A stretch of 50,618 bases of DNA, filler included, from Jimgerdemannia flammicorona (GCA_003990765.1; 2 parts of 2 records of this genome joined end to end with filler, not necessarily neighbours in it), one strand, 5' to 3'; shown: positions 13,255 through 25,399, counted from the first letter of the whole stretch. The notes: generated by a model not told the origin, from the sequence alone. Made by a program: numbers and translations.

Positions 13255-13630
13255 GACATCAGCCTATACCCCATGTCAGATTGAAGACTGTATCTTTGAT
13301 GCCATCATTGATACCAGTGCTGGAGGATGCCTTATGAGCAAGAAGACAATTGACTGCCTAGGCTGGGATATTGAAGAGTCTACCAAGATGGTCTATGTTA
13401 TGTACAGCAGATGGTACATAAGATACCCCCCTTGGCAAAATCTGAGAAGTCTCCATCAAGATAGGAGGAGCTACTATCTTAGTAGATGTGATTGTTATAA
13501 GTACCACCAACTATGATATCCTCATTGGCAACCAATAGCTTTACAAGGCTAAGACCATTATTGACCTCAATGCCCAGAAGATACAGATCAACTATAGAGG
13601 AAGAAAGATATGAGTCTCTATTAATATCTA
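13255..13630 (+). pseudogene. Gypsy aspartic protease
   Basis: FDAIIDTSAGGCLMS (D-T/S-G-type active site) and downstream YDILIGN. Confidence 0.85.
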
Positions 13631-13985
13631 CAAAAGAGTCCTACCAGATATAGAGAAAGGAGATGAAGAGGACACAGAGGTCTTTATGCACTCAGTGAAT
13701 AAGAACAAAAACAAGAACAAGACACCTAAGCTCACAGATGAGCAGTAGTACAACAAGATCATTAATGGCTATACCCCTTAAGGAAGATACTCCCATGGTA
13801 CTAGGATGTACTGCTCTGAACATCTGAATGACTGCTGGTCCTATATCAGTGAAGTCAGAAAAATCCACCAATAGAAACATGAGCAAAAAGCCACTGAAGC
13901 AAAAAGGAAAGCTGAAGAAGATGACCAGCCCCTAGAGCTTCAAGCTGACAGTGATGATGAGGAGGAACAAGAACCAGATATCACC

Positions 13986-14385
13986 CTCAAGGTCAAGAAG
14001 TTCTACCCTGAAGCCAAGACCCCAGAATACAAAACTGAAGGAGCCATAGGAATAGACCTTGCCAGCATTCAAGATGCTACCCTTGAACCACAGACCACTA
14101 CCCTACTTGGTACTGGAATTAGAGTCAAGCTGCCAGAGAACCATACCAGAATTATCAAGACCAGAAGTAATCTGGTCAAAAGTGAAATCTCAGTTGAAGG
14201 AGGAGTAATTGACCCTGATTATACTGGTGAGATCTTCCTTATAGTCAGGAATCACAACCCCACCACCCCATTTGAAGTCAAAAAGCATGACAGGATTGAC
14301 CAGATGCTAATCCACGAAATCAAGAAACCCAAGATCACTGAAGCCATTAAACTCATTAAGATCAAGAGGCTTTGGATCTACTGGA
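13986..14385 (+). pseudogene. dUTPase domain within gypsy pol
   Basis: LKVKKFYPEAKTP...GIDL...TGI...RSNL...GGVIDPDYTGEI...DRIDQML...RGFGSTG; all five trimeric dUTPase motifs are recognisable, with a frameshift just before motif V. Confidence 0.93.
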
Positions 14386-14559
14386 AGAGGAGCCTATGCC
14401 ACTATCAAGATTATCAAACTTGAGCACAAGAAAGATAAGGACCAGAACAAGCACACATATACTATTGGAGAAAACTTTCCTCTGGAAGAACAACTTCTTA
14501 AGATCCTGCACCAGAATGAAGGAGAACTTGCTACAGACTTCAGAGATATCTACAATCAA

Positions 14560-17082
14560 GAACCCAAGTACTATCATGAAGTTGACACTGGTGATACCAA
14601 GCCCATCTATCAGAAAGCTAGACTCATACCACTTACCTACAGAGAATGGCTGCAGGCAGAACTCAAGGAAATGGAAGAAGCCAGAATTATTAAGCAAGCT
14701 ATCAGTCCCTGGACTTCACCCATTGTCCTTACTCCAAAGAAAGAAAGCAATCCTAGAGAGTTTGTGACAAGACTCTGTATTGACTACAGGAAGCTTGATG
14801 CTATCACTAAGAAAGATAGGCAGCCCTTGCCAAATATTCAAGAAATCCTTACCACCCTTAGAAGTAAAGCCAAATACTACACCATCTTAGATATGTTCTC
14901 AGGCTTCCATCAGATTGGTCTCACTTAAGATATCAGTGAGAAATCAGCCTTCATCACACCTAATGCCACCTATATCTACCTGTGAATACCATTTGGAATG
15001 TGCAATACCCAGCAAGTTTCCAGCAAATAATGAACAGAGTCTTCAGCAATAAGATTGAAAAATGACTCTTTGTCTATATTGATAATGTGATCATCTTCAG
15101 TAACACTACACAGGAATATATCAATCACATACAGCTAGCCCTCAGGAGCATGGCCTTTACATCAAGTCAAAGAAATACAAGTTTAGCTCAAGAAATTGCC
15201 TATCTAGGACACCTCATCAACTAGACCAGAATCTACACAGACCTCATAAAGATTGAGGCTATTGCAGTCTACCTGAGACTCAGAATGACCATAGAAGTCT
15301 ATGCCTTCCTTGGACTGGCCAGCTACTATAGAAGATTCATCAAAAGATACTCCAAAATTATAGCACCTATCTATGAGCTACTGAAAAAGGAAATCAAATT
15401 TGAATAGACCAAGGAATGCCAAGGAACCTTCAATAAACTCAAGACTAGATTGACCCAAGCACCTATCCTCAGAAGACCAGATTGAAATCTAGAATTCATC
15501 CTGTAGACAGATGTGAGTACTATAGGACTTGGAGCAGTCCTAGCTCAGAAGAAAGATGGATATGAATATGTCATCTCCTATGCAAGCTGAGGTACTGATG
15601 GAGCAGAACAGAACTATGAGACATATAAGCTCAAATGCTTAGCAGTAGTTTGGGCAGTAGACAAGTTCCACTACTACCTAGCTGGAAAACACTTCACCAT
15701 TCAAATAGACTATTCTGCTCTTGTCTGGCTATTCTACATTCTGAACCCCAAAGGAATATATACTAGATAGATCTATAGACTGTAAGAGTATGACTATACT
15801 GTTAAGCACCACTCAGGAAGAGCCAAAACCAATGCTGATACACTCTCAAGGGCACCTCAAAATATCTCCATCAAGATTACTCAACATGAATAAGAAGTTA
15901 TACTATGGATTAATCAGCTACCTTAGACAGTGGAAGATGTTTAACCACCTTGAACCCTGGACAATCACTATTATCAACTGGACTTGAAAAGAGTTTGAAA
16001 TAGACAACACTATACTCAGAAAAGGAGAAAAGCTAGTAATATTTGAATACAAGAAGTATCAAGCAATGAAGGAAGTATACAAGCAAGGATACCTAAGAGA
16101 AACCAATATATATGATAAGGCAAGAAGAACCATATGGTGGCCCAAGATAGAAGAAGACCTATACCAATTTGTCAAAGAGTGTGACAAGTGCCAAAAACAG
16201 AAATAAGATCAGTAAGACCAGGTACCTGGGTTATCAAGAATTGAGCCTATCCCCTTCCACCACATTACAATAGATATCATTGGGCCACTACCAGTAATAC
16301 TATCAGGAAACTACTATATTATAGTTATTATAGACCTCTTTACCAAATGGATAGAAGCAAGAGTATTACAAGAAGTCAATACCCTCTCTATAGTTGACTT
16401 CTTATACTGAGAAATCATCTGTTACTACAAGATACTGAAGCAAATCACAACAAACCACAGCACAGAATTTGCCAATAGATTTCATGAGATAATGTATCAG
16501 AAATATAAGATCCAGTATATCAAGACTACTACATACCACTCTCAAGGAAATAGACAGACAGAGAGAACCAATAAGACCCTCAAGAACATTCTGGTAAAGA
16601 TCTCAGAGACATATAAGAATTGAGATAATTATCTTCCAACTGTCCTCTCTGTCCTATGAGACATATGGTCACAGAGCACACACTTTACCCCAAGGGAACT
16701 GCTCTTCAGAGAAGAAGATTCTGATGGAACCTCAGCTACAAATCTAGACCTAACTTGGAGACAGATCAATACAGAAATCTGGAGACTATACCAAATCAGG
16801 AAGAAGGCTGAAGATTATATCATCAAGTCACAAGCACTGATAAAGAAGAATGTAGAAAAGAATTACAAGACCCTAGAACCTATCCAAATCAGAGAAAAGG
16901 TCCTACTGTATCGAAATATAGTAGAAGCCTCATAGTTGTAAAAACTGGAGCCTAAATGAGAAGGACCTTTTTATGTGCAAGATATCAAGAGAACTACCTT
17001 CTGGCTTAGGAAAATCTCAGGGACCATACTGCCTACTATGGTGCACAGAAATAGACTCAAGAAGTACCACAAACCTATATAA
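14560..17082 (+). pseudogene. Gypsy RT, RNase H and integrase
   Basis: SPWTSPIVL, RLCIDYRKL, LDMFSGFHQI, YIDNVIIF (RT); TDVS.IGLGAVL, CLAVVWAV, NADTLSR (RH); WWP, CDKCQK, IDIIGPLP, EGPF, HRNRLKKY (IN). Confidence 0.93.
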
Positions 17083-17446
17083 GAGAAGTAAAACATAATG
17101 ACTGTCTATGAGGTTCTAGTCTACAAATCATAACAGCATATCCCATGACCAGCAGGCTATCTGTCTAAACTATTCTCTAAGAGATACAGTACTAGTAACT
17201 ACTCATCTATGAGACTTTTGAAGCCAGAGGAGTTCAAACCATCAACTAATTGGTCAAGATTAGAATCAGGCCCTTGCTCTATATGAAGAGAGTGACTGTT
17301 CACCATCATGCCAAAATACATAAAGAAGATGCCAGCCCATAAACACCACTTTTCAACCCCTTGCTAGAGGTTATGGGATCAGCAAATTTTTCAGGACTGG
17401 ACCAATGAATAAGAATACTCAAGAAGATCCTTATTCAGGAAAAAGA

Positions 17447-18996
17447 TATAATGGTAACCCCAGAATGATGACATCAGCACAGGAGATAGTCTTTCCTTAC
17501 AAGCCACCAGATCAGAGCACAAGAAGATCATACAACATATGAGATGAGCAATAATGACCAACTGTAAGTCATTGTAACCACAGTTCAGATATCTTAAGGA
17601 ATATAAAAAAAGGATCAAGGAACTGCAGTAGTAGCAACTAACAAGACCCATCAATCCCAAAATAGCTCAAAGACTTACTACAAACAAAATGCCTGCTGCT
17701 CACCAAACCTCAAGGTCAAGGAACTATCAAGGTATCTCAGTCAAAGAAAGGATGTTCTAAGACATCAGAAGAGCCATAAGGACCTGCTCAAGAAGGACTC
17801 CTAGTGTCAACCTAGGTACTGGTGACCCTTATCATTATATCCTCTACTGCTATAAAATGGAAATAAGGATCACCATTGCCACTGAATGCCTCCAAATATA
17901 GCAGAAGTATGAAATAGGAAATCTCCTCTGCCAGGAGTTCCCACAGGCCAGTCCCTAAGAGTTATAAGATGCTACTCCTATAGACATATATGAAGCAAGG
18001 ATAGCTAAGAAGATTCATCAGATCTTCAGACATATACTATGATTGATCCCCAACTTGGAGTATGTTAGAGTCTCAGATTTCAGAGACCTATTATCTCGCT
18101 ATATCAATGTACTAGAAACCAGAGTAGTTACAGAAGCCCAGTCCACTATTACTCTCAATAGTGATAAAGTAGAAGACTTCTGGCATCCTATCCTTCTGGA
18201 CAACCTAGACCAATTTCTGCAAGGATTGATCTCAGTATTCTAAGGCCCAAGCATCCAGATTAGACCTTCCCAAGACCCCACATTTGTCTCCTATTTTGTG
18301 GAAGAGAACCTCATAGACTGGAGAGCCCCAGACCTTCTTCTCACTACTACTAAATGTGATGATATCATCAGCAGTGATGTTATCCTGCATAATATTGAAG
18401 TATGTAAAATATATGATAACAATGAATTTACAGACCTCATCTTCTTCAGTGACAATGAGAATAAAGCTCCTATAGTCTTGAACATTCTGCTCTAAAGTTC
18501 TTTAGTTATACTGAGTTATGTCAGCACTGGCATTCTGATACATATAACACTGAGTTATGCCAGTACTGGTATTCTGATGTAACACTGAATTATTTCAGCA
18601 CCATTTTCCTGTACTACTGAAATTATACCAGCATTCTGAATCTGTACAACTATCAGTACTAATTCTGGAACTTAGTAGTTTTTCCTGTTCTGGCATTTTA
18701 TTTTAGTTATTAGAATTTATATTTAGCTTTATATCTTAGCAATTATTGAATTATATTTGGTATAAATACTCCTCTTATTTCCTCTAAAATAAAGTCAGTC
18801 AAGTTCACTTATATATACTTTCTTGCAAGCAATCTAAGAGAAAACAAGACAGTTAAAGATAAGAAGTTTGAGGACTATAAGACCTTGGGAAGGCACTCCA
18901 ATAAGAACTTGCTTATAACAAACTTGAGTTAGTTTAAGAGATATACCTTGAAGAGAATCTAGTGTATATGAAGGACTCAGCAACTACTATATGATA
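17447..18996 (+). repeat. 3' LTR (copy 3) with LTR ORF at 17689-18495
   Basis: Follows PPT AGGAAAAAGA. ORF runs ATG-CCT-GCT to NILL-TAA, 807 nt, the same length as copy 2. Confidence 0.93.
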
Positions 18997-19215
18997 ATAT
19001 CTATTATAAAAACTAAAATCTGTTAGTATATAGTTCAGTATTCTATATATGGATTTACTTCTTATTATTTATTTCAAGATTGTTTTACTAATATATTCTA
19101 AGTATTTATATCATATATATCAGAGATCCTCTCTAGTTATAGTTGTAGAATATATAAATGATACACTACTTAGTTACTATTAATTATATATAGATTTTTC
19201 TTTTTTGATATATAT
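18997..19215 (-). pseudogene. Ty1/copia fragment 3 (GAG-pre-integrase region)
   Basis: Minus strand shows a decayed LWH.R.GH-like motif that leads into the integrase at 4434 once the gypsy element is removed. Confidence 0.6.
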
Positions 19216-20804
19216 TGTCACATAGTGGATACTGAGTTCTTTAAATATATCAGATTCTCTTCAAAGTATATCTTTTAGACTAACTATAAGTTTATTATAA
19301 GCAAGTTCTTATTAGAGTACCTTCTCAAGGTCTTATAATCCTCAAACTTCTTATCTTTAAACTATCTTGTTATCTCTTAGATTGCTTGTATAGAATTGAG
19401 TATAAGTAAACTGAGAGAACTGAGAGAACTGACTTTATTTCCAAGAAAATGAGAGGGATATTTATATAAAATATAATTCAATAGTTGCTAAGATATAATA
19501 CTAAATATAAATTCCAATAACAAAATAAAATACTGGAAAACAGAAAACTTCAGTTATAAGTACAAATTTAAGTGTCTATACAAATGGTTGCATAAGTTCA
19601 GGATGCTGGTAGATTTCAGTTGCACAAGAAAAGGATACCAGAAGAATTTCTGAGTTGTGCAAGATCAGAATGCTAGAAGAATAACAATTATATAAAAAAC
19701 TCAGAGCTGAATGTTCAGGATCCTGGAGGCTTCATCTTTGTTGCTGCTAGAGATTAGAGATAGGATATTTTTAAAAAAGATAAGATAAGTAAATGTTTTG
19801 TCTATTTCACATATGTCATTAATTAGCAGGATGATGTTATCACCAATGATTTCATTATAGATTATATCATCATATTCAGTAGCAGCAGAGAGAGTAAGAA
19901 GATCAAGAGCTCTCTAATCTATAACATTCTCTTCTACAAAATAAAAGACAAATGTGAGGTCTTGAGAAGATCTAATCTAGATACTGAGATCTTAGAATGC
20001 TGAGATTAATCCTTATAGAAATTGATCTGGATTGTTCTAGAGGATGAGATTCTAGAACTCTTCTATCTCATTACTATTGAGGGTAATAGTAGATTGGGCT
20101 TCTGTGGCCACTATGACCTCTAGTACATTTGTATAGTAGGCTGATAATTTCTTGAAGTCTGAGACTCTAGTTACTCCAAGTTGGGGATTGATCATAGTAT
20201 ATATCTGAAGATCTGATAAATCTTCTTTACTGTTCTTATTTTATATGTATCTATAGGGGTGGTATCTTGAATCTCTTGGAGACTGGCCTGAGGAAATTCC
20301 CAGCAGAGGAGGTTTTCTATTTTATATTCCTACTATATTTAGAGATATTTGGTAGCAATAGTGATCCTTATTTCTATTTCATAGTGGTAGAGAATAAAGT
20401 GATAAGAGTTACTAGTACTCAGATTGAGGCTAGGAGTCCTTCTTGTATAGATCCTTATGGCTCTTTTGATATTTTGGAATATTCTTTCTTAGACTAAGAA
20501 TCCTTAGTGATTTCTAGATCTTAAGGTTTGGCAGACAGCAGGCATTTTATTTATAGTAAGTCTTTGAACTATTTTTGAGCTTTATAAGTCTTATTTGAGT
20601 TACTACTACTATAGTTTCTTAGTCCTTCTTTTATATTTCTTAAGATGTCTATCTTATGGTCATAATGACTTATAGTTGGTTATTATTGCTCGTCTTATAG
20701 CCTAGGTGAGTCATGCCATATGATCTTCTTGTGCTCCAATCTGGTGACTTATAATGAAAGACTGTCTTCTGTAATTATGTCACTATTCTGAGATCACTAT
20801 TATA
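19216..20804 (-). mobile_element. Solo LTR (copy 4, diverged subfamily), ATAT TSD; LTR ORF at 19701-20545
   Basis: Reverse complement of the LTR family. ATAT at 19212-19215 and 20805-20808. The ORF has one 1-nt deletion near 20173. Confidence 0.9.
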
Positions 20805-21043
20805 ATATATTAGTTTCTTATTATTCTTTAAATTAATTACCATCATACTATTTAGATATATATTTACTCTTTTATCTCCTTAAGCCATCATTCAGCCTAT
20901 TGAGAAAAAGTTTTTATTTATATTTAGTATATATAATACATCTACAAAGATGTCTAAAAATTCATTAATATTTCTATATAGGTATATACTGATATTGCCC
21001 TTGTCTTGAATATAGATAACATTATTATCACTCAGTTTGATAG
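20805..21043 (-). pseudogene. Ty1/copia fragment 4 (protease region)
   Basis: Minus strand reads IKLSDNNVIYIQDKGNI...VDVLYILNINKNFFSIG, matching the copia pattern LGD...GKG...DVLYVP.L..NL.S. Confidence 0.7.
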
Positions 21044-22691
21044 TGTAATAGTAACCTCAGAATAGTGATATCATTACAGAAGACAGTCTTTCTTTACAAG
21101 CTACTAGATTAGAGTATAAGAAGATCATATAGCATAACTCATCCAGACTACAAGATGAGTAATGATGACTAATCATAAGTCACCATAATTACAAGATAGA
21201 CATCTCAAGAAATATAAAAGAACTAAGGAACTGCAGCAGTAGTAACTCAAACAAGACTCATAAAATCCCAAAATAGTTCAAAGACTCACTATAAACAAAA
21301 TATCTGCCACCCACCAAACCTCAAGGTCCAGAAACCATTAAGGCTTCTCAGTCTAAGAAAGAATATTCTAAGATATCAGGAGAGCTATAAGGACCTATAC
21401 TAGAAGGACTCCTAGCCTCAATCTAAGTACTAGTGACCCTTATCACTTTATCTTCAACTACTGTAAAATAGAAACAAGAATCACTATTGCTACTAAATAT
21501 CTCTGAATATGGTAAGAATACAAAATAGAAAACCTCCTCTACTATAAATTCCCTCAGACTAGTCTCCAAGAGATATAAGATGCCACTCCTATAGATATAT
21601 ACAAATTGAGAGTAGTTAAAAAGATCTATCAGGTCTTCAGGCATATATCTTAATCAATCCTCAACTTAGAGTATACCAGAGTCTCAGACTTCAAGAAATT
21701 GTCAGCCTACTATACAGATATACTAGAGGCTATAGTGGCTATAGAAGTCCAATCTACCATCACTCTAAGAAGTGATGAGGTAAGAGAGTTCTGAAATCTC
21801 ATCCTCAAGAACAACTCAGATCAATTTCTACAAGGATTAATCTTGGTATTCCAAGGCCCCAGTATCCAGGTTTAACTCTTTTAAAATCTCACCTTTGTCT
21901 CCTACTTTGCAGAGGAGAACCTTATAGATTAGAGAGTCTCTGATCTCTTTACTCTCTCTACTACTGCTAAATATGATGACATCATCAGCAATAATATTAC
22001 TAGCAATGATGTTGTTCCATACAATATATATAAAATATACAATATATGTGAAGTATATAAAATAGACAAAATATTCACTGACCTCATTTCCTTCAAAGAC
22101 CTCCTATCTCTAACCTCTAACCTTGATGACAGTAATGAAGATGAAGTCTTCAAGATTCTGAATATTCTGCTTTAAGTTCTCTGTATAACTGTAATTCTTT
22201 TAGTATTCTGATCTTATATAACTTAGAAATTATTTTAGTATTCTGATCTTGTACAACTAATTGTACAGATACTTGAATTTGTACTTACAACTGAAGTTTT
22301 CTATGTTCAAGTATCTCATTTATTTAGTTATTAAAATTTATATTTAGTTTATAACTTAGCAACTATTGAATTATATTTTGTATAAATACTCCTCTCATTT
22401 TTCTGAAATAAAGTCAGTAGTTAAGTAGTTTAAGTAGTAAAGTAATCAAGTATTCAAATACTCAAGTCTCTAACTACTCAAGAAGTATAGAAGTTTCAGT
22501 TCTCTACTTAATTTCAAGCAAGCAAATCCAGGAGATAACAGAACAGTTTAAAGATAAGAAGTTTGAGAACTATAAGATCTTGGAAAGATACTCTAATAGA
22601 ACTTATTTATAAGAAACTTATAGTTGGTCTAAGAGATACATCTTGAAGAGAATCTGATATACTTGGAAAACTTAGTGCTCACTATGTAACA
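21044..22691 (+). mobile_element. Solo LTR (copy 5), ATAG TSD; LTR ORF at 21300-22175
   Basis: TGTAATAG...TGTAACA, with ATAG at 21040-21043 and 22692-22695. ORF spans 292 codons in one frame. Confidence 0.9.
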
Positions 22692-22711
22692 ATAGATACA
22701 GAGTGCTTGAC

Positions 22712-24019
22712 AACCTTTCTTCAGTAATATTTGAGTTATACAAACTTCTAGCAATACTCAAGACATTATTTTTAGAGGAAAGGTACTAGCAATATAGCAA
22801 CTAATGAGTATTCCAAGATATGTACTAGGCAGAATAGCCTTAGTGCTTTTGACTAACAGTATGTAGAAAGAAGTCATAACTTAGAGAGAAGTATGCAGAA
22901 CTTACTGGCCAGTGGATATAGAAGGAGAGGAGGTAGTACTGAGAGATTGGAATCAGAGAGAATGAGTTTTACTGATAAGATGAAGGGGGGTCAGCTAGCA
23001 ACTGGACTGGAGAGCTGGCTGAGAAAGAACAAGAAGACAGTGAGAGCTGCAGAGCCTAGAGGAGCAGCCCATAGTGGTGAGAGCAGTAGAGCTAGGAGAG
23101 TAATAGCTGGAGAGAGTGGGACTGCTAATAACAAGAAGACTACCAATCTGAAAAAAAATTCAGATGTGATAGCTGATGGTAGATCTGGATAGAAGGTGGG
23201 CATAAGGTCTAGAGATCTGGTAGATAGTATAACAGATCTGGTGGTGATACTATTACTCAAGAAATTGAGATCAGAATTCACTATCACACTATATTTCTAG
23301 GGCCTGATAGTGACTATGAGAATGATTCTAGGGCTACTGGCCTAAGAGGTGAAAGGAGCAGCCTCAGTAAAATTTTTGAAGAGTCAGAAAGAGGTGGAGG
23401 TGGGCTTTAAGAAAAAGGAAGTACTACTAGAAGTAATGAAGAGGGGAGTGATAGTAGAGAGAGTGATGATCTCTATGGCCTAGTACTTATACTGGGCTCT
23501 CTAAGTGGTACAGTTGACTATACTAGATATCTCTATAGTGTTAAAGGAGATGATCAGGAGGTTGATTGTAGAGGCTATCAAGAAGTATAAAGATATAGTA
23601 GATATTGGGTTTTGGATCTGAGAAGACATAGAGTTCAGAATGAGAGATGTGGACATCAGGATATAGCTAGTAGGTAAGAAGAATATAGGGAAAGCAAGGG
23701 ACTGGCCAATAGTCCTCAAGTAGAGACCAGTGGAGTGCAAGGTCATGAGAGTGAAAGAGATACCAGAGGAGGAGAAGGACTTACTGGAGGTATTAAAGGA
23801 TCTGGTGGGGGTCATAGAGAGGAGAAAACTTATTTGAAAAGAGTTTGAGACTAAGATAGTTATAGAGATCATGAATGGTAAGAAGGTGTAGCTAAATTGG
23901 GCAGCCTAGGAGAGGGTACAGGGGAGGTATATTCAGAAAGAGCTGTTGGCAAAGTTGGGTGGGAGGGCAGAAGAAGAGATTACTATTGAAGATATTAGAT
24001 CACAGATAAATACTTGGGC
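22712..24019 (+). mobile_element. Degenerate LINE, 5' UTR and N-terminal ORF1, interrupted by a younger LINE
   Basis: Decayed family 5' end; SFTDKMK, LLKKLRSEF, QKELLAKLG. Confidence 0.85.
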
Positions 24020-24026
24020 AGACGTG

Positions 24027-25264
24027 CATCTTTCTCCGGTAACATTCAGGTTACACAAGACTCAGACAATACTTTCTACAACGTTTTTGGTGTCCAGTGA
24101 CTAACAACATGGATGGCAATGATCGATCTGGTGAGCGTACTGGCCAGGGAGGTGGTGGTGCCTTTGGCTGGCAGCAGGTGGGGAGGAGGGGAGATGGTTT
24201 GGGGATGCCAGGGGCCTCGATGGCTAGCCGGGGCCCCAGCGGCGGGGGAAGGGGAGGTCTGAGGCAGAGAGGAGGGGAGAGGACAACCTTTGCTGACAAG
24301 GTCAGGATGGGGGCAATAGCTTCTGGGCTGGATAGTTGGCTGGGCCTGGGGAAGGCATCGATGGCTACTACTGGGGGTCAGGGAGATGCGCCCCAGGGTG
24401 CTTCTGGTGGTAGGGAAGGGGCCGGAGTAGGGGCTGGAGATGTGACGGCTGATGGGGCTGTGACTGGGGATCTGGCAAAAAATCCAGATGTGACGGCGGT
24501 TGGCAATTCCGGACTTGGAGGGGGCACGAGGCCCGGGGACCTGGCGGATGGGGTGACGGGCATGGTGTCGGCCCCGTTACTCAAGAAGTCGAGGTCCGAA
24601 TTCGCGGTCACGCTGTGCTTCCGGGGCTTGGCAGTGACGGCGAGGATGATTTTGGGGCTGGTGGCGCAGGAGGCTAAGGGAGCAGCGTCGGTGAAGTTTT
24701 TGAGGGGGAAGGAAGGGGTTGAAGTGGGGTTCGAGGAGGAGGATGCCTTGTTGGCAGCCATGGAGAAGGGGGTGATGGTTGGCGGGGTGGTGGTCCCTAT
24801 GGCTCGGTGTATGCGCTGGGACCCCCGGGTGGTACAGTTGATGGTGCTGGACCTCCCTACGGTGTCGAAGGAAAGGACCAGGGAGTTGGTTGTAGAGGCG
24901 ATGAAGGAGTATGGCGAGATTGTAGACGTGGGGTTCAAGGTCTGGGAGGGCACGGAGCTTCGAACTGGAGACATCGATGTCAGGGTGAGACTGGCTGGAA
25001 AGGAGAATACGGGGAAGTCGAGGGACTGGCCAGCAGCGCTGAGGTGGGGCCCGGTGGAGTGTAAGGTCGCTAGGGTGAAGGGGACTCAGGAGGAGGAGGA
25101 GGACTTGCTGGAAGCTCTGGAGGACCTGGAAGGGGCAGTTGCAAGGAGGAGATTAGCTTGGAAGGAGTTCGAAGCCAGGACGGTGGTGGGAGAGGTGAAT
25201 GGGAAGAGGGTTCGGATGGAGAAAGGGGCCTGGGAGAAGTTGAAGGGGAGGAGGATTCAGAAGG
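24027..25264 (+). mobile_element. Young LINE copy; 5' end and open ORF1 (ATG 24109) running into the assembly gap
   Basis: CATCTTTCTCCGGTAACATTCAGGTTAC 5' end; ORF1 uninterrupted for ~385 codons; CpGs retained; closely similar to 10750-11995. Confidence 0.92.
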
Positions 25265-25364
25265 NNNNNNNNNNNNNNNNNNNNNNNNNNNNNNNNNNNN
25301 NNNNNNNNTTAATTAATTAANNNNNNNNNNNNNNNNNNNNNNNNNNNNNNNNNNNNNNNNNNNN
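25265..25364. other. Assembly gap with artificial TTAATTAATTAA all-frame stop linker
   Basis: N-run, TTAATTAATTAA (25309-25320), N-run. Confidence 0.9.
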
Positions 25365-25399
25365 AAAAAAAGAAAAAAAGTAAAAAAAAAAATTATTTG

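Larger units (their letters stand above)
4435..18996 (+). mobile_element. Full-length Ty3/gypsy LTR retrotransposon (gag-PR-dUTPase-RT-RH-IN, no chromodomain seen), inactivated, interrupted by a LINE
   Basis: Two ~1.55-kb LTRs (4435-5969, 17447-18996), 4-bp TSD ATAT (4431-4434 / 18997-19000), PBS-like TGG at 5973, PPT at 17437-17446, gypsy domain order. Confidence 0.95.

Noticed and set aside
17465..17688. In-frame N-terminal extension of the LTR ORF to the LTR start
   Set aside because: Other LTR copies differ here by non-triplet indels (about 11 and 14 nt), so the frame is not conserved.
25309..25320. Perfect palindrome TTAATTAATTAA
   Set aside because: It is flanked by N-runs and is an artificial scaffolding linker; adjacency across the gap is unproven.
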